Positions 33,646 to 47,199 of a stretch of DNA of 64,000 nt are shown one piece after another (position 1 is the stretch's first letter; each line of letters opens with the position of its first letter). The position numbers were made by a program, and so were the translations under genes. Where the stretch lies: the NCBI GenBank assembly GCA_964016885.1, contig OZ024745.1:13516001-13580000 (forward strand), given 5' to 3'. The notes beneath the pieces are model-generated. The model was not told where the DNA came from. It worked only from the letters and a program-made list of their open reading frames with translations, and made no database searches. This DNA comes from Eledone cirrhosa (Eukaryota).

Positions 33646-34660
33646 TGTGTGTCTGTGTCTGCGTCTGTGTGTATGTATGTATTGGTTACTCACATAAGTA
33701 CACATGAAAAGCATAATTAATTATTCATGTCTTTTATGAGACGGATAAAGAGAGTTAATTGTTTGAGTGATTCCGCCTAATTGATTTAGATAAACCCATC
33801 AACGATAGACCGGATTTGGGTTTGTTACTTATTCTCGGGATTCGAATAATGCCCCCCCCCCCCCCCTCAAATGTTCACCCCCACCTCTATCCCCGCTTAT
33901 CAAATTTTGCTAATCTATCTCATGCGAAATTTTATTTGAGTTTTCTTTATACATTAAAAAACATTATACATGACAAAAAAGTACATTACTAGAAACCCCA
34001 TACATTATAAAATAAATAGGATGAGTGGGATTACAATATGTAAACTAAACGACTAATTCTGGTTTTTAAAAAGAATCAAGAGACAACCTTATTTGGGATC
34101 CGAGACTATGTGTAACAGAATTAGCAGTGATAATATTGTTTATTCTCTGTTGGTGGGATACAAACTGTGAGTCCTCGCAGTAGATAAAACTAAGAGCAAT
34201 GTATAATTCCTACACAAATAGTAAAATAAAAATATTAAAATAAAACTAGAATTAAAGTGGGAATGTAAAGGACCGAAACAAAATACAAGAAATTTGTTAG
34301 ACGTTCTACCGTCTCTACTCTGTCGATCTATATTGTGATTATTTCAGAGGAAAGGTCACTGCAGGAGAAATCTACAATCTTTTCAGTGGTACACCTTATT
34401 AGTTCTCCCTAAAGAAACTTTACATGGCGAAACATGGAGCACTTTTTAATATTCAAGGTTGCACCAAATAAACACTGGCGCCAAATATTGTCGAACCATT
34501 CATTGACTCTCTGGGCTCCGGGTACATGTACCATTTGAATCCACCTCTTATATACCCTGTCCACCATACATAATATAACATCAGATCAACTAGGGAGTCG
34601 AGTATAGCAGCCAAATCTCCCTTCCTATAATGTCATAGGAAAAAGGATATATTCGATAAT

Positions 34661-34845
34661 TGTTTCTACTTTAGTCACAAGGCCAGCAAATACCCAGTGC
34701 ATTACTGGTACTTTATTTTATCGACCTCGTAAGGATGAAAGGCAAAGTCAACCTCGGTGGGATTTGAACTCAGATCGTAAAGGGACGTAACTATGCTGGC
34801 AAGCATGGCGTCCGACCCTCTACCGATACTGCCAATCCATCGCCC
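34661..34845 (-). mobile_element. MetaSINE-like tRNA SINE with 18-bp TSD
   Basis: aaggatatattcgataat at 34643-34660 and 34846-34863. Confidence 0.9.
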
Positions 34846-35032
34846 AAGGATATATTCGATAATGTAGCTGAGAACCAAACACGAGTTCACGGCTGGAACG
34901 TCTTTTATGATTGATATACTAAATCAGACCGGTCTGAGTTAAACAATATGTGTGTGCATATGTGTGTATATGGAGGTATGCAGGCATCTGTTTGCGTGTG
35001 TATGAGAGTGGTGTATATATATATATGTGTTA

Positions 35033-35153
35033 ACTACACGTTCCGCTCCATACCATGTGAATCAGTAGCATTGACAGGGTCAACTAATATGGTTGAGAGA
35101 ATATTAAAGTAAAGATACTTCAAATATGGCGGCGATGTATTTATTTTGTAAGT
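35033..35153 (+). promoter_or_regulatory. Possible promoter/first exon: ACTACA..TTCC motif, YY1-like AAATATGGCGGCG, GTAAGT donor
   Basis: actacacgttcc 35033-35044; ATG at 35126 inside a YY1 consensus; donor at 35148. Confidence 0.3.
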
Positions 35154-35574
35154 TCTTTTATAGGAAATGTGTTGAAAGAACTGATAAATTATCTTCATAT
35201 TTTTAACTGTTGGTCAATTAATGATAAATTATTTATAAAAATAAACTGAAGCAAAAACCCAACCAAACAGTGAATGTGTTTTACTATTTTTTGCCAATAT
35301 TAGGACAACATGACCCTCCTCAAATATTAGCACAACATGACCCTCCTCAAATATAAGGGCAACACGACTCCCTACCAAATATAACAATATTTCAAATATG
35401 CTTCTTTGAAACACATAGAAAAGAAAAACGAAAACAAAATTATGAAAATATTTCTGGACTTTGAACAAGTGCGGATGTTACGTATCCTCCTACCCTTCTT
35501 ACTGATCATCAGCATTATTATTATTATTATCTTAAATTGCTGGCCTTGTGCTTATATAACAAACCATTATTATT

Positions 35575-35970
35575 ATTGATTGGCAGTATCGGTAGAGGGT
35601 CGGACACCATACTTTGACGCATAGAGTTACGGCCCTTGCCATTCTGAGTTCAAATCCCGCTGAGGTTAACTTTGCCTTTCATCCTTACGGGGTCGATAAA
35701 ATAAAGTACCAGTAATACACTGGGTAATTGCTGGCCTTGTGCCTAACGTAGAAACAATTATTATTATCATTTTATTTATACGGCGGTGGATTGGCAGTAT
35801 CGGTAGAAGATCGGACACTATGCTTTGACGTATAGAGTTACGACCCTTGCCATTCTGTGTTCAAATCCAGTCGAGGTTAACTTTGCCTTTCATCCTTACG
35901 GGGTCGATAAAATAAAGTACCAGTAATGTGCTGGGATAATTGCTGCCCTTGTGCCAAAAGTAGAAACATT
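35575..35970 (+). mobile_element. Two tandem MetaSINE-like copies
   Basis: Units ~35577-35760 and ~35780-35970, each ending agaaaca(tta)n. Confidence 0.88.
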
Positions 35971-36282
35971 ATTATCATTTTATTTAATATATAGTTTTAC
36001 TATGCATTTCATAATTATCAAATGAAAGAAAATATAGAAATAATTATTCTTATATTTTGACTTTTTCTCTTTCTCTCTCTTTCTTTCCCCCACTCTCTCT
36101 CTCTCTCTCATCTATCTCTCTACTACCTCTCATTATTATCCCTCTCCAATCTCTCCACCAATCACTCCCCTCTCTCTCTCCTTCTCTGTACAATATGGTA
36201 GCTTAACACCAAATATAAAATATGATACGATAAAATATTGTAAACACAATACACAACGAAAGAAATGAAATTAATTCTACAG

Positions 36283-36348
36283 GTTATATATTTCATAGTA
36301 GATTTTTATCGTATTGAGTTCAATTTAGATATACCATGTACTGAAGAT
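36283..36348 (+). CDS. Candidate 66-nt exon, product unknown
   Basis: ttctacag| VIYFIVDFYRIEFNLDIPCTED |gtaagc. Confidence 0.2.
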
Positions 36349-36489
36349 GTAAGCCTTCCATTATGTTTATATATCGTGTTACATATGTTCTGGGAATACA
36401 TTATTGGTGACACTGTTGATGGAATAACTAATTCGTCAGTATTCTATAGCCATCTTGTCTTTAGTATTTTTATTATCACTGTAAATGGA

Positions 36490-37365
36490 AAGGTGGTGGA
36501 TTGGCAGTAGAATCGGTAGAGCGTCGGAAAACATGCTTCACGGTATAAAGTTACATCCCTTTGCCTTCTGAGTTCCAATTCCACTGAGGTTAGCTTTGCT
36601 TTTCATCCTTACGAGGTCAATAAAGTACCAGTAATGCACTGGAGTCAACTAAATCAAATTTCCCTTTTCAAATTGTTGGCTTCGTGCTTATCAGCAACTA
36701 TTTCAACATATATACATCCATATAGATAATGGTTTCTGATTTAGATACAAGGCCAACAATTTGGTGGGAAGAGGAAAGTCGTTTAAATCGACCCCAGTGC
36801 GTTACTGGTATTTTATTTTATCGACCCCGTAAGGATGAAAGGCAAAGTTAACCTCGGCGGGATTTGAACTCAGACCGTAAAGGCCCGTAACTCTATGCTG
36901 CAAAGCATGGTGTCCGACCCTCTACCGATACTGCCACTCCACCGCCCTCACCACTTTCTGTTTGGTTTTGATCAAATCATTGGTTTAGTTTCTTCCATAA
37001 ATATGTTGGTATGATGGATGGCAGGGTGGCAGGGTGGCAGGGTGGCAGGGTGGCAGGGTGGCAGAGTCATTATAACGTCGGATAGAATGCTTCGCAGTAT
37101 CCGTCCTGGGTCTCTGCTCTCTGAGTTAAAATCCTGCCGATGTCAACTTCATCCATTGAAGGTCGAAAAAAAAGTACCAGTTTGGTACTGGGATCAATTC
37201 TTCACCTATAACTCTTTCTCACCTATATTCTGTCACTCTCTCTATCCTGCTCTGGAAGAAATCTGCTAAATTCAGACCTGAAGAGGAGATGGGCTCCAGG
37301 GTTTTAAAATATGTCCAAGAAACGCCATATGTCAATATGGCGCCCCTTCGACTCCCTCATAATTT
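36490..37365. mobile_element. Cluster of three MetaSINE-like copies (36490-36700 +, 36730-36948 -, 37060-37365 +)
   Basis: B-box and Meta-like core in each; (GGCAGGGT)x5 expansion at the head of the third. Confidence 0.8.
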
Positions 37366-37369
37366 ACAG

Positions 37370-37772
37370 CTACATGCATACACATACACACATACATACA
37401 CACACACATACATACTGTAAGAGCATACATACATACATGCAGTGAGAGAATACATACATACATACATACATACATAAATACATACATACATTCATACATA
37501 CATACATTCATACATACATACATATTTACAATGAGAGAATACATACATACATACAGTGAGAGCATACATACATACATACATACATACATACATACATAAA
37601 TACATACATACATTCATACATACATACATATTTACAATGAGAGAATACATACATACATACATAAATCCATTCATAAATCCATTCATACATACATACATAC
37701 ATACATTCATACATTCATACATTCATACATACATTCATACATACATTCATACATACATTCATACATACATCA
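37370..37772. repeat. (CATA)n microsatellite
   Basis: Seen directly. Confidence 0.92.
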
Positions 37773-38014
37773 TGGATGACATGATTGTTAAATGTATATA
37801 TATTATCTAATATCACGTTTATTGTTTCTGTCACTGAAACGCTTCTAAACAGATATTCTATATCTACGTTGGACATGGTGCCTATTTCGTTGGTTTCTTC
37901 TACAAATTTCTCCAAAGTCTTCAATGGTCATATAATATATTTCTGTCGTGTGTATTTTTGATATTTGGTTGTTATTTCTAGCAAGTCAAGTGGTAACCTA
38001 AATGCTTCATTATC

Positions 38015-38083
<69 letters not shown>

Positions 38084-38246
38084 ATAATAATAAATTAGAA
38101 GACTAAAATCCAAAGAGGGCTCGATAAGGATAAATATATATCAAATATATAAGAACCGTAGAGCAAATATTTATTAAAATAACAGATTAAAGTTTAAGCA
38201 AAGAATCGCTGCTTTCATCCTTAACGGGATCTTCTGAAACTATAGA

Positions 38247-38575
38247 ATATATTAATAAATGGAAACTAGATTTATAAAACCATATTTATTTTATTATACA
38301 GATTTCCAGGAAGCTCCAACCGTTAAGGTTGTCTTTTTTCCGGGTATGTCAATATTTATTTATAAAACAAATCTGTATTTTATCTGATGAAAGCGCACCA
38401 TAATTTGCCTTGGTTGCCCTTGAAATATATATAATAAAATAAATATGGTTTTATAAATATAGTTTCCATTTATTAATATATTGTGTATTTACTCCACTTA
38501 ACTGTTGAGTGCTTTATATCAGTTATAAAAATGTTTAAGCTTGTTGAATCCCAACAAATTAAATATAACCTCTGC
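38247..38575 (+). mobile_element. Penelope-like pLTR with inverted 5' copy
   Basis: ~38250-38310 is the reverse complement of ~38418-38478; contains a hammerhead. Confidence 0.75.
38376..38441 (+). ncRNA. Minimal hammerhead ribozyme candidate
   Basis: Stem I TATTTTAT/ATAAAATA (8 bp); CTGATGA at 38384; stem II aag.gcacca...tggttgc.ctt; GAAA at 38422; palindromic ATATATAT; AUA triplet. Confidence 0.7.
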
Positions 38576-38635
38576 ATATATATATATATATATATATTTA
38601 TATAGATATGTGTGCGTGTGTGTGTGTGTGTGTGC

Positions 38636-38755
<120 letters not shown>

Positions 38756-38825
38756 CCTGGGTTCAATCGAGGGTACCAAGGTAAGTAAGGTACTCAATAC
38801 ATAGCAGAGTATAAATATTTAATAT

Positions 38826-38906
38826 AGAAATGGCTTCTACAGGACTAGAACTGTTTCCTTCGATCCTTCGAATGAAACAGTTATAGTCCTGTAGAAGCCA
38901 TTTCTC
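38826..38906. repeat. ~80-bp palindrome with 4-nt loop
   Basis: agaaatggcttctacaggacta.aactgtttc.ttcga-tcct-tcgaa.gaaacagtt.tagtcctgtagaagccatttct. Confidence 0.85.
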
Positions 38907-39153
38907 TCTATATATATATGTAATTGGTGTTGGATGCTTAAAGCGTCCGTATGCGGTAGGCCGTATGAGAACTCGATGCTCTCATAGAACAGAGTATGAT
39001 ATCACAGAAAAAAAGACGTATCTGAGCACCATGCGATTTTCAGAGTCAGGTTCGATCATCACATCGATCGTGCCTCGAGTTGGTCGCCAGAGAAAGGATT
39101 GTAATATGTCCAATAAATTCCATTCGTCGCAACACTGATTCTCTTTTTTTTCT

Positions 39154-39236
<83 letters not shown>

Positions 39237-39331
39237 CACATAATATTATAATATTATAAAATTAAATCAAATTATTTAGAACTGCAAGTGAAGTCATTAT
39301 TTTCCTTTTTTTAAAATATATATATATAAAT

Positions 39332-39365
<34 letters not shown>

Positions 39366-39378
39366 ATGTGTGCGTGTG

Positions 39379-39409
<31 letters not shown>

Positions 39410-39620
39410 AATCTCATGGAATGACTTAATGAGGTTTATATTTCAATATAGTCCCTAGGAAGAAACCATGCAACTATTCATGACAATAGTTGAAATTGAA
39501 GTATGTAAGATTTCACACCCCCAGCATCACTCCTTCATAATCAGGGAATGAACGTTTCAGTCCACCCTCGTGTGTGTGAGTGAGTGTGTGCGTGAGTGTG
39601 TGAGATAGAGTGAGTGAGTG

Positions 39621-39744
<124 letters not shown>

Positions 39745-40448
39745 TGTGTACATATTTGTCAAATAACTACAATATATTTTACCAGATATGACGTCAGGAT
39801 AATATAAAATAATAGATCGCCATTAAACACTTCCTTACAGATGGATTTATCGCAATTATATAAAAAAAAATGACTGATGACGTTTACAAAAAGATATTTA
39901 GAAAAAAAAAGCTGTATAGATCAATTATTAAATAGCATATAAATCTATTATTTCTGCTCAGATAAAAAAAACACATAACTAACAGCAACGACAAAAATTT
40001 CATTGTTTGATGGAATCTAGGAAGCAGTTGTCACAAGTCATCATACTAGCTCTGATCATATGAACGGATTATATCAACAAGTGAGGAGAAAATACAAACA
40101 TTAATGGATAATAGAAAGATACTATTACTAATTATGTCTAATCATACCAACAACAGGTGGGCACAAAATATAGTAGACCTGCTACAGTAATGAAGTATAT
40201 CAGAAATGATAAATATCACCAATTTATCTGGTAACACAAGAGATGAGAAAACTGCAATGGAGGATAGAATTCTATATATTATGGAGGTGTTGCCCACTAG
40301 CGTTTTCCTGTCTCGCTTTGTTTTGTGTTGTATGGTTATATTTTTTTTTTGTTATTATTCATTTGAAATTTTATGACAGTCTGGTGCATGTTTAAAATTG
40401 TTTTTTTATATTTTAAACCCAAAGGAACCTATTCCCCTCCAAGTATTG

Positions 40449-40924
40449 ACTGACATGATATATCAACTATATATGGGTGTACTGAATGACGTGGTATATC
40501 AACTATGGTTGTATTAACTGGCGTGGTATATCATGTATGTATCTACTGAATGACGTGGTATATCAAATATGGCTGTATTAACTGGCGTGGTATATCATGT
40601 ATGTATCTACTGAATGACGTGGTATATCAAATATGGCTGTATTAACTGGCGTGGTATATCAAGTATGGGTGTACTGAATGACGTGGTATATCAAATATGG
40701 CTGTATTAACTGGCGTGGTATATCAAGTATGGATCTACTGAATGACGTGGTATATCAAATATGGCTGTATTAACTGGCGTGGTATATCAAGTATGTATCT
40801 ACTGAATGACGTGGTATATCAACTATGGCTGTATTAACTGGCGTGGTATATCAAGTATGTATCTACTGAATGACGTGGTATATCAACTATGGCTGTATTA
40901 ACTGGCGTGGTATATCAAGTATGT
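40449..40924. repeat. Minisatellite, 64-bp unit made of two 32-bp subunits, about 7 copies
   Basis: actgaatgac starts at 40481, 40545, 40609, 40673, 40737, 40801 and 40865; cgtggtatatca recurs every 32 bp. Confidence 0.95.
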
Positions 40925-41389
40925 ACGGATCTTATACTAAACGACGTCCGCCAAAGATTACCTTCATGAATTGAACATTCCACTGAGTTGCATAAAGACA
41001 AAAACGTAATAACATTCGCCAGCGGTTCACGAAGAATAGGTGAGACAATTTCAATAAATTAAGAATTACCTGAGAAAATATAATTCTTATTAATGGTTTC
41101 GTGCAAAAGTATGGAGAATTACTCTTCATATTAAAGTTTGTCAAATCTTACTTCAAAATAGAATCTGGTTTATTTATGAATGACATAATATGGTACCGTA
41201 ACTCCTGTTGGAGTTGTAGGGGCACCGTATTGATATATGGCGTTTCTTTGCCATTTTAAGCCTAGCAGAGCCCATCCCTCTCCAGGCTTTTATATATTTC
41301 ATTCAAGTTTAAAATTTATCAAGTAAAAATGTCCCACTAACGAACTTTTCGGAGTTTTTAGTTCTTCAATCGAATTTGAATAAAAGTAT

Positions 41390-41720
41390 TTACTATATTA
41401 CTCGATGATCAGGTGGTTATCTCAGAGAAAAAGTTCTGTAACGAAGTGAAGTAGAAATATCTTTTTTCTTTTCAGATAAAAAAAAATCATCCTCTAGCTT
41501 CAATAATTTTAGATTCTAAGTGGCTGCTGCGATTAACTTACCTTTCTGATATTCTTTCTGACTTCAATGACATATATGTCTAAAAGCCGTGATCAAGCAA
41601 TTATTAACTTAATAGAAAATATAAATGCGTTTAAAGATAAGTTCAAATTGTGTGAAAAGAAAAGAGAAACATATTTTCAAGCATTCATTCTACTGGAAGA
41701 AGATTTCGTTAATAATTTTA
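41390..41720 (+). pseudogene. Degenerate hAT (Charlie/Buster-type) transposase fragment
   Basis: IRWLS..KVL, then DSKWLLRLTYLSDIL...IINLIENINAFKDKFKL. Confidence 0.7.
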
Positions 41721-42114
41721 ATAGCGTATGGGATATTATCTTAAACTAGCTAGCAAAATTGTTAACAGAATTCAATCAGTTCATTCCAACAGAATTCACA
41801 TTAATAGTTTTTGCGAGGATTTTGTCATCATAAATAATTTCAAAAACCGCTTAAGTACAAATTTATGTAAAAGTTATAACCGACGACATTTTGCAGCGTG
41901 CAACTTTTACAGCCGTCAGAACTCTCTATAACGGAAAAATATTATCTCCCTTTTCAAATATGGACGCATACACACACAAATGCATATGTATATATATCTA
42001 TTTGTGAAGAGTAAACGGAAAGCAATGAAGCAAACAATGCAGTACAATGAAGATGAGGAGAATCAGAAAAAACAGAAACATTTTTTTTTTAGCAAAAGTA
42101 CATGTGTGTTCAGT

Positions 42115-42206
<92 letters not shown>

Positions 42207-43717
42207 CAAGTGTGCATGCGTGGAGGCGTACATGTGTGTGTGTATACAGAGAGCAAAAAATGATAGATACATATATACATACATGGACAGACGTATGAAT
42301 CAAATTGTTCTATATGAAGCTAAGAAGTAGTTAGTTTCTTTAAGCGAGATATTCATCACTAAGAGTGCTTACGACTCAACAAGTAGTCGAGGCTATGACT
42401 TTATGTTTATTTAGATTAAACAAATGAGAAGATCGAATCTCAAATATATCACAAAGAAAATATAAGATATTAATCAGTTTACTTCCTGGGACATCTAGAT
42501 TTTTTGGTGACTATTTACTTACTCAGCTGCCGTTGAACTAAAGACAGCTATTCGTCAATCATACAATATATAGCAGGTTATTATATGCCCTTAACGTAGC
42601 ATTCTGAAGGTGTTTTTCACTTCTACTAAGATATTTAGTATTCCTTGGTGATACATAAATTGACTGCTTCGTTCCTTTGTCGGTTCCTGATCAAGTTATA
42701 TAATAACTGCTCGTGATGTCAACATCTGCTGTATATTTTGCTACTATATTGACCGAAACATATAGTTCCCCCACGAGGTAACTTGTAGTAAATAATTCGT
42801 ATGGTCTTTATACTTGAGGCTCAATCTTCAAGTTTTTTTTTAATTCATAAACACATTTGTCGATCAGGCTTGCCATTTTTAACTTTATCGACAGGCAGAA
42901 AATATATTTTCTAATGCTAGGATTATTATAGAATAAAAGCTCATAATTTATTCTACATTTCGTCTTTTGCTCAAGTTTATATGTTATTCAACTGCAACAG
43001 CACGAGCAATGGCCGAGCGAGTTAAAAATATTGTAAAGTGAAAGTAATCGAAAGCTAATTGCAGCCTTCTCATTGGTTAGTTCAGCTTCTACGTCACAAC
43101 TATTTCAATATTAAGTGGTAGGTTGATAAAAGACTAAATGGTTTGTTTATCTAAGTTTCAGGAAATGGAGGCCGGGTGGGGAAAGTGTAAAGATGTGATG
43201 TATGTGGTGGAGAGGGTGAGAAAGTGGGAAATAAGAATGAGAGTCAATTCCATGTTTGTATTATTTGTAGTGATAGGAAAGGAGATAAATAAGAGAGGAA
43301 GAGGGAGGGAGAAAGAGAGAGAGAGGGGGAGGGTTATTCCAAAGAGGGAAAGAGTGTGTGTGTGTGTGTGAGAACTGTGGATAGTGTGTGTACGTGAAAT
43401 CGGGAGAAGGAAAAGTATTTAAGCAATAGAAACAGTGTATGGGAGGGAAAGAGGCGGCGAAAGAAATTAGGTGAGACAGAACGTTACTGAAAATTATTTA
43501 CAATGATTAGGATTTTTGATAGATGAATAAATGGATATTTTATGTGGTGGGTGGGTGGCCAAATGGCTTAGAGGTTAGTGGTTAAGATGTGGCGAGAACT
43601 GTGTTTGATCTGTAGCTGATAGTCTTAACTTTCAAATAGAAGTCAACCAAATAGAGAGAAGGAAAGGTAACTCACCTCGGTAAGCAATGGCAGCACTGTA
43701 ATTTATGTAACTTGTCT

Positions 43718-43749
<32 letters not shown>

Positions 43750-43844
43750 GACTTTCTCCATGAGATCAGTAATAAAGGTAAAAGATAAAATTAGAATTGA
43801 CGAAAGTTCTCTAAAATTCTACATTTGCTTTTAATATTTTAAAA

Positions 43845-44060
43845 AGGGCGATGGATTAACAATAGAATCGGTAGAGCGACGGACAACGTGTTTTGTCGCA
43901 TATAGTAACATTCTGAGTTCAAATCCCGCCGAGATTAACTTTGCCTTTCATCCTTACGGGGTCGATAATATAAAGTACCAGTAACGCACTGGAGTCGATT
44001 TAATCGACTTTCCCCCTCCCCTAAAATTGTTAGCCTTGTGCCTAAATCAGAAACCATTAG
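43845..44060 (+). mobile_element. MetaSINE-like tRNA SINE
   Basis: ctgagttcaaatcccgccgag...gcctttcatccttacggggtcgata. Confidence 0.85.
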
Positions 44061-44434
44061 TTTTAATAAATGAGAGATCAAATGTGGTTGCGTGTGTTGA
44101 CACTGGCTTTGGATCTGGAGATGAGTTGGCAGTTTTAGCAGACTCTATGAAGTATTAAAATAATTCATTTAACCAGTGTATAGTATCCACGTTTCACATC
44201 CATTAAGATAATTACAACACAGTAAGCATGTATTGATGTTGTTTTAAGTGTGGTAGCCTGATCCTTTCAGAGACACAGGAATAATTTTCTGAAAGAAGTG
44301 CTGAATGATTTCGCTATCAATTTTAGCCTGTTAGGTTTGGTAGGGAAGTGACTGTACTGATTAGGTTAACGTCGATCTTTATGATAGATTTGTTCTAGGC
44401 TAATGAACAAGTTCAGTTTTATGTAAAGTCAAAT

Positions 44435-44600
44435 TACTGGTAACATGTAAATAGTGTAACCTGTTACATGGTCGGGTGGTCAGCGATTAAACCGAGACAC
44501 TTCCCAGTCTAGCCGGGTGAGGAGGGTTGCTCAAATTCCAGCAGGACAAAAACATGACCTGTCAAAAGGATGGATAAACCCAACATAGGGTCACTGATTA
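44435..44600 (+). mobile_element. Diverged copy of the RTE-derived element 5' head
   Basis: tactggtaacatgt..aacctgttacatggtcggg..gcga.taaac..gtgaggaggg..gcaggac.aaaa..acctgtcaaaagg aligns with 5973-6110. Confidence 0.75.
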
Positions 44601-44624
44601 TCTAGCAATAGTTAGAGTAGATGT

Positions 44625-44885
44625 GAAGGCGCATGACCTAGTGGTAAGTGTGTGGGACGTACGATCATAATGTTGTAGGTTCGATTCCTGGACTGAGTTG
44701 TGTGTTGTGTTCTTGAGCAAAACACTTCGTTTCACGTTTCTCCAGTATACTCAGCTGAAAATGAATACCAGCAGTAGCTGGGGTTTAACCCTGCGTTGGA
44801 ATGCTGCCCTGTCCGGGGAAAATCTTCTATTCTCAGTCGCTTAACGCCACTGACCGGATGAGCATCCGGGCTCGACAGATTTTAG
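44625..44885 (+). mobile_element. Full-length CORE-like tRNA SINE
   Basis: A-box tgacctagtgg, B-box ggttcgattcc, then CORE-like gtgttcttgagcaaaacactt...ctcagctg..aatgaatacc. Confidence 0.75.
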
Positions 44886-45467
44886 AGTTAGAGTAAATGG
44901 ATATTACCTTGGTAAGTTTCCAGAAGTATATACTTCATAGGAAGCTGCATCATGTGCTCTATACTAGCACTTGAATACAACAGGCACACAAATATGTCAA
45001 CCATCTGAGCAGGAGATGGGATGCGTCACATGGCAGTTATACGTGTTTCTCCCGATTTCTGCATCTCGTACGTTTGGTAAAGGGAACTTCACATAACATG
45101 TGTACTACAGATTATCACAAACTGTTCGGGAAGGGTTGACATGACAGATACCAACAGAGTATCTTACCCACCTTCTCTCTCTTTCTCTTTCTTTCTCTCA
45201 CCCCCCCCCCCCACACACACACAGACGCACAGACAGACACACACAGACAGACACAAACACACAAACACACACACACAATTTATGAGCTTTTAAAAGTAAC
45301 AAAAAGAAATTGTAAGATCGTGTATCAGCATTTGTGAGTACACTTGTTTGTATGTGTGTAGTTGTGAAGGACAGTGTGTGTAAGTATAAGTGTATGTGTG
45401 TATAGCTGTGAAGGATAGTGTGTGTGTAGATGCGAAGATGAGTGTATGTGAGAGTGTGAGTGTGTAT

Positions 45468-45561
<94 letters not shown>

Positions 45562-45894
45562 GTGAGTGTGAGTGTGAGTGTGTATGTATGAGTAAGTGTC
45601 ATGGCAAGAGACAGAATGTGTGTGCGTGTGTGTGCTTAGGTGTGGAAAATAGTGCATATGTGTGAGTGTGTGTACGTATAAGTGAGTATGTGTGTGTACG
45701 TATAAGTGAGTATGTGTGTGTGTGTGTTTGCAAGAGACATACTGTGTGAAAGAAAGTGATTATGCGTGTGTATGAGAAAGAAAAATAATGAGGTTGTGAG
45801 TATGTGCGTATATATGTGCGTGTGTGCGGGTGTATGCATTCATACATATGCGTGTTTGAGAGAGTGCACATGTGTGTGTGAATAAGCACATGTC

Positions 45895-46015
<121 letters not shown>

Positions 46016-46434
46016 CTGAGAGTAGAACTGAATGGAGCTGGACTAAAATCATGAATGAGAACGTGGAAAATGGATATTTACGACAGAACGAGAGTGTTAT
46101 GTATGAATGTGTGTATGTGCGTGTACGTGTGTGTGCGTGTGTGTGTGTGTAATATAGTGAAAAAGAAAAAGAAAAAGACAATACAAGAGACATAGAATTA
46201 AATGTGAGAGAAATAGAGTGAGAAGGTGTGAGCATGAGAGAGAGGATAAGGAGAGTGGAGTCAAACAATGGAGACAAACAGATATCTAAACAGGCAAACA
46301 AATGCTGATGACGTCAAAGAGGAATTAATTGGTTCTCTAAATACTGCTTTTTCTACGTCTACGAATATACAATATTCTACATACATTTACTTACTGATTC
46401 TTTCATCATTATTTTAGCAAGAACGATGAAGTTT

Positions 46435-46760
46435 GAGATTCACTGATGAAGTCCAATAAGACTAAAATATGTCTTAAGTTATTTCCTGTGCTAGCCGAAA
46501 TCCTGGAAATATATATATAATCTTTCTACATTTAACAGCATCATCCAAGCAATTGCTCCATTAACAGTAACTGTTATTCGAAAGCTCCAATCTATTATCA
46601 AAACAGATAATACCACTACTTACTTGTATTATATCGGCCTAACACAGAATCGCTTTAAAATTAGCTTGTATCAACATATTCATACATTTAAGAATCCTGA
46701 GAGAAAATTAGACAATCACTGGCATTTCCAACTACATTTGGTTTCTAAAAGAAATATTAT
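46435..46760 (+). pseudogene. Penelope-like remnant: degenerate hammerhead plus GIY-YIG fragment
   Basis: CTGATGA-agtc-caataa-gact-AAAA at 46443; YYIGLTQNRFKISLYQHIHTFKN. Confidence 0.55.
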
Positions 46761-47199
46761 CTGTGGCGTTGATAATTCACTCGTCGATTCTCAACTTTGT
46801 TATGTTCTATGCGTGTGGCAGGTTTTATTAGAAACTAAGTGTAATTGATTGAATGATGGTAGCGTATGAAGATAGTAATGGATTAAACGGGTGCTTTGAT
46901 ATGTCGGGTTTCTACAGATATGCTTGGAAGTTTTTACTTTGTAATCGTGGCAATAGCTAATTGACACAAAACACCAAAGATGACAACGTATTCTTTGTTT
47001 CCACTTTATAAAAATCCCTGAATACGTGTATCAGTTACTAAATATAGAATTTATTGCAGTACACAAATATTCAGTAGTAAAACAAAATGTGTGTATTTTG
47101 TACATGTGCACCTATTTAGTGATGTGGTGCGTGTCGGGGTGTGTATGAGCGCGCGTGTGTGTCTGTGTGTGTATACATTTACGGTTCTCCTACGTAATT

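Noticed and set aside
39872-39895. CTGATGA as hammerhead core (also 14650 and 46305)
   Set aside because: No stem II followed by GAAA and no stem I pairing.
40449-40924. CRISPR array
   Set aside because: Inter-repeat segments are themselves repeated; no cas genes.
43665-43710. Isolated splice-donor-like motifs (also 38780, 44910, 45165)
   Set aside because: No convincing acceptor or open exon; expected by chance.
44625-44700. tRNA gene
   Set aside because: A/B boxes are present but no complete cloverleaf; it continues into a SINE body.
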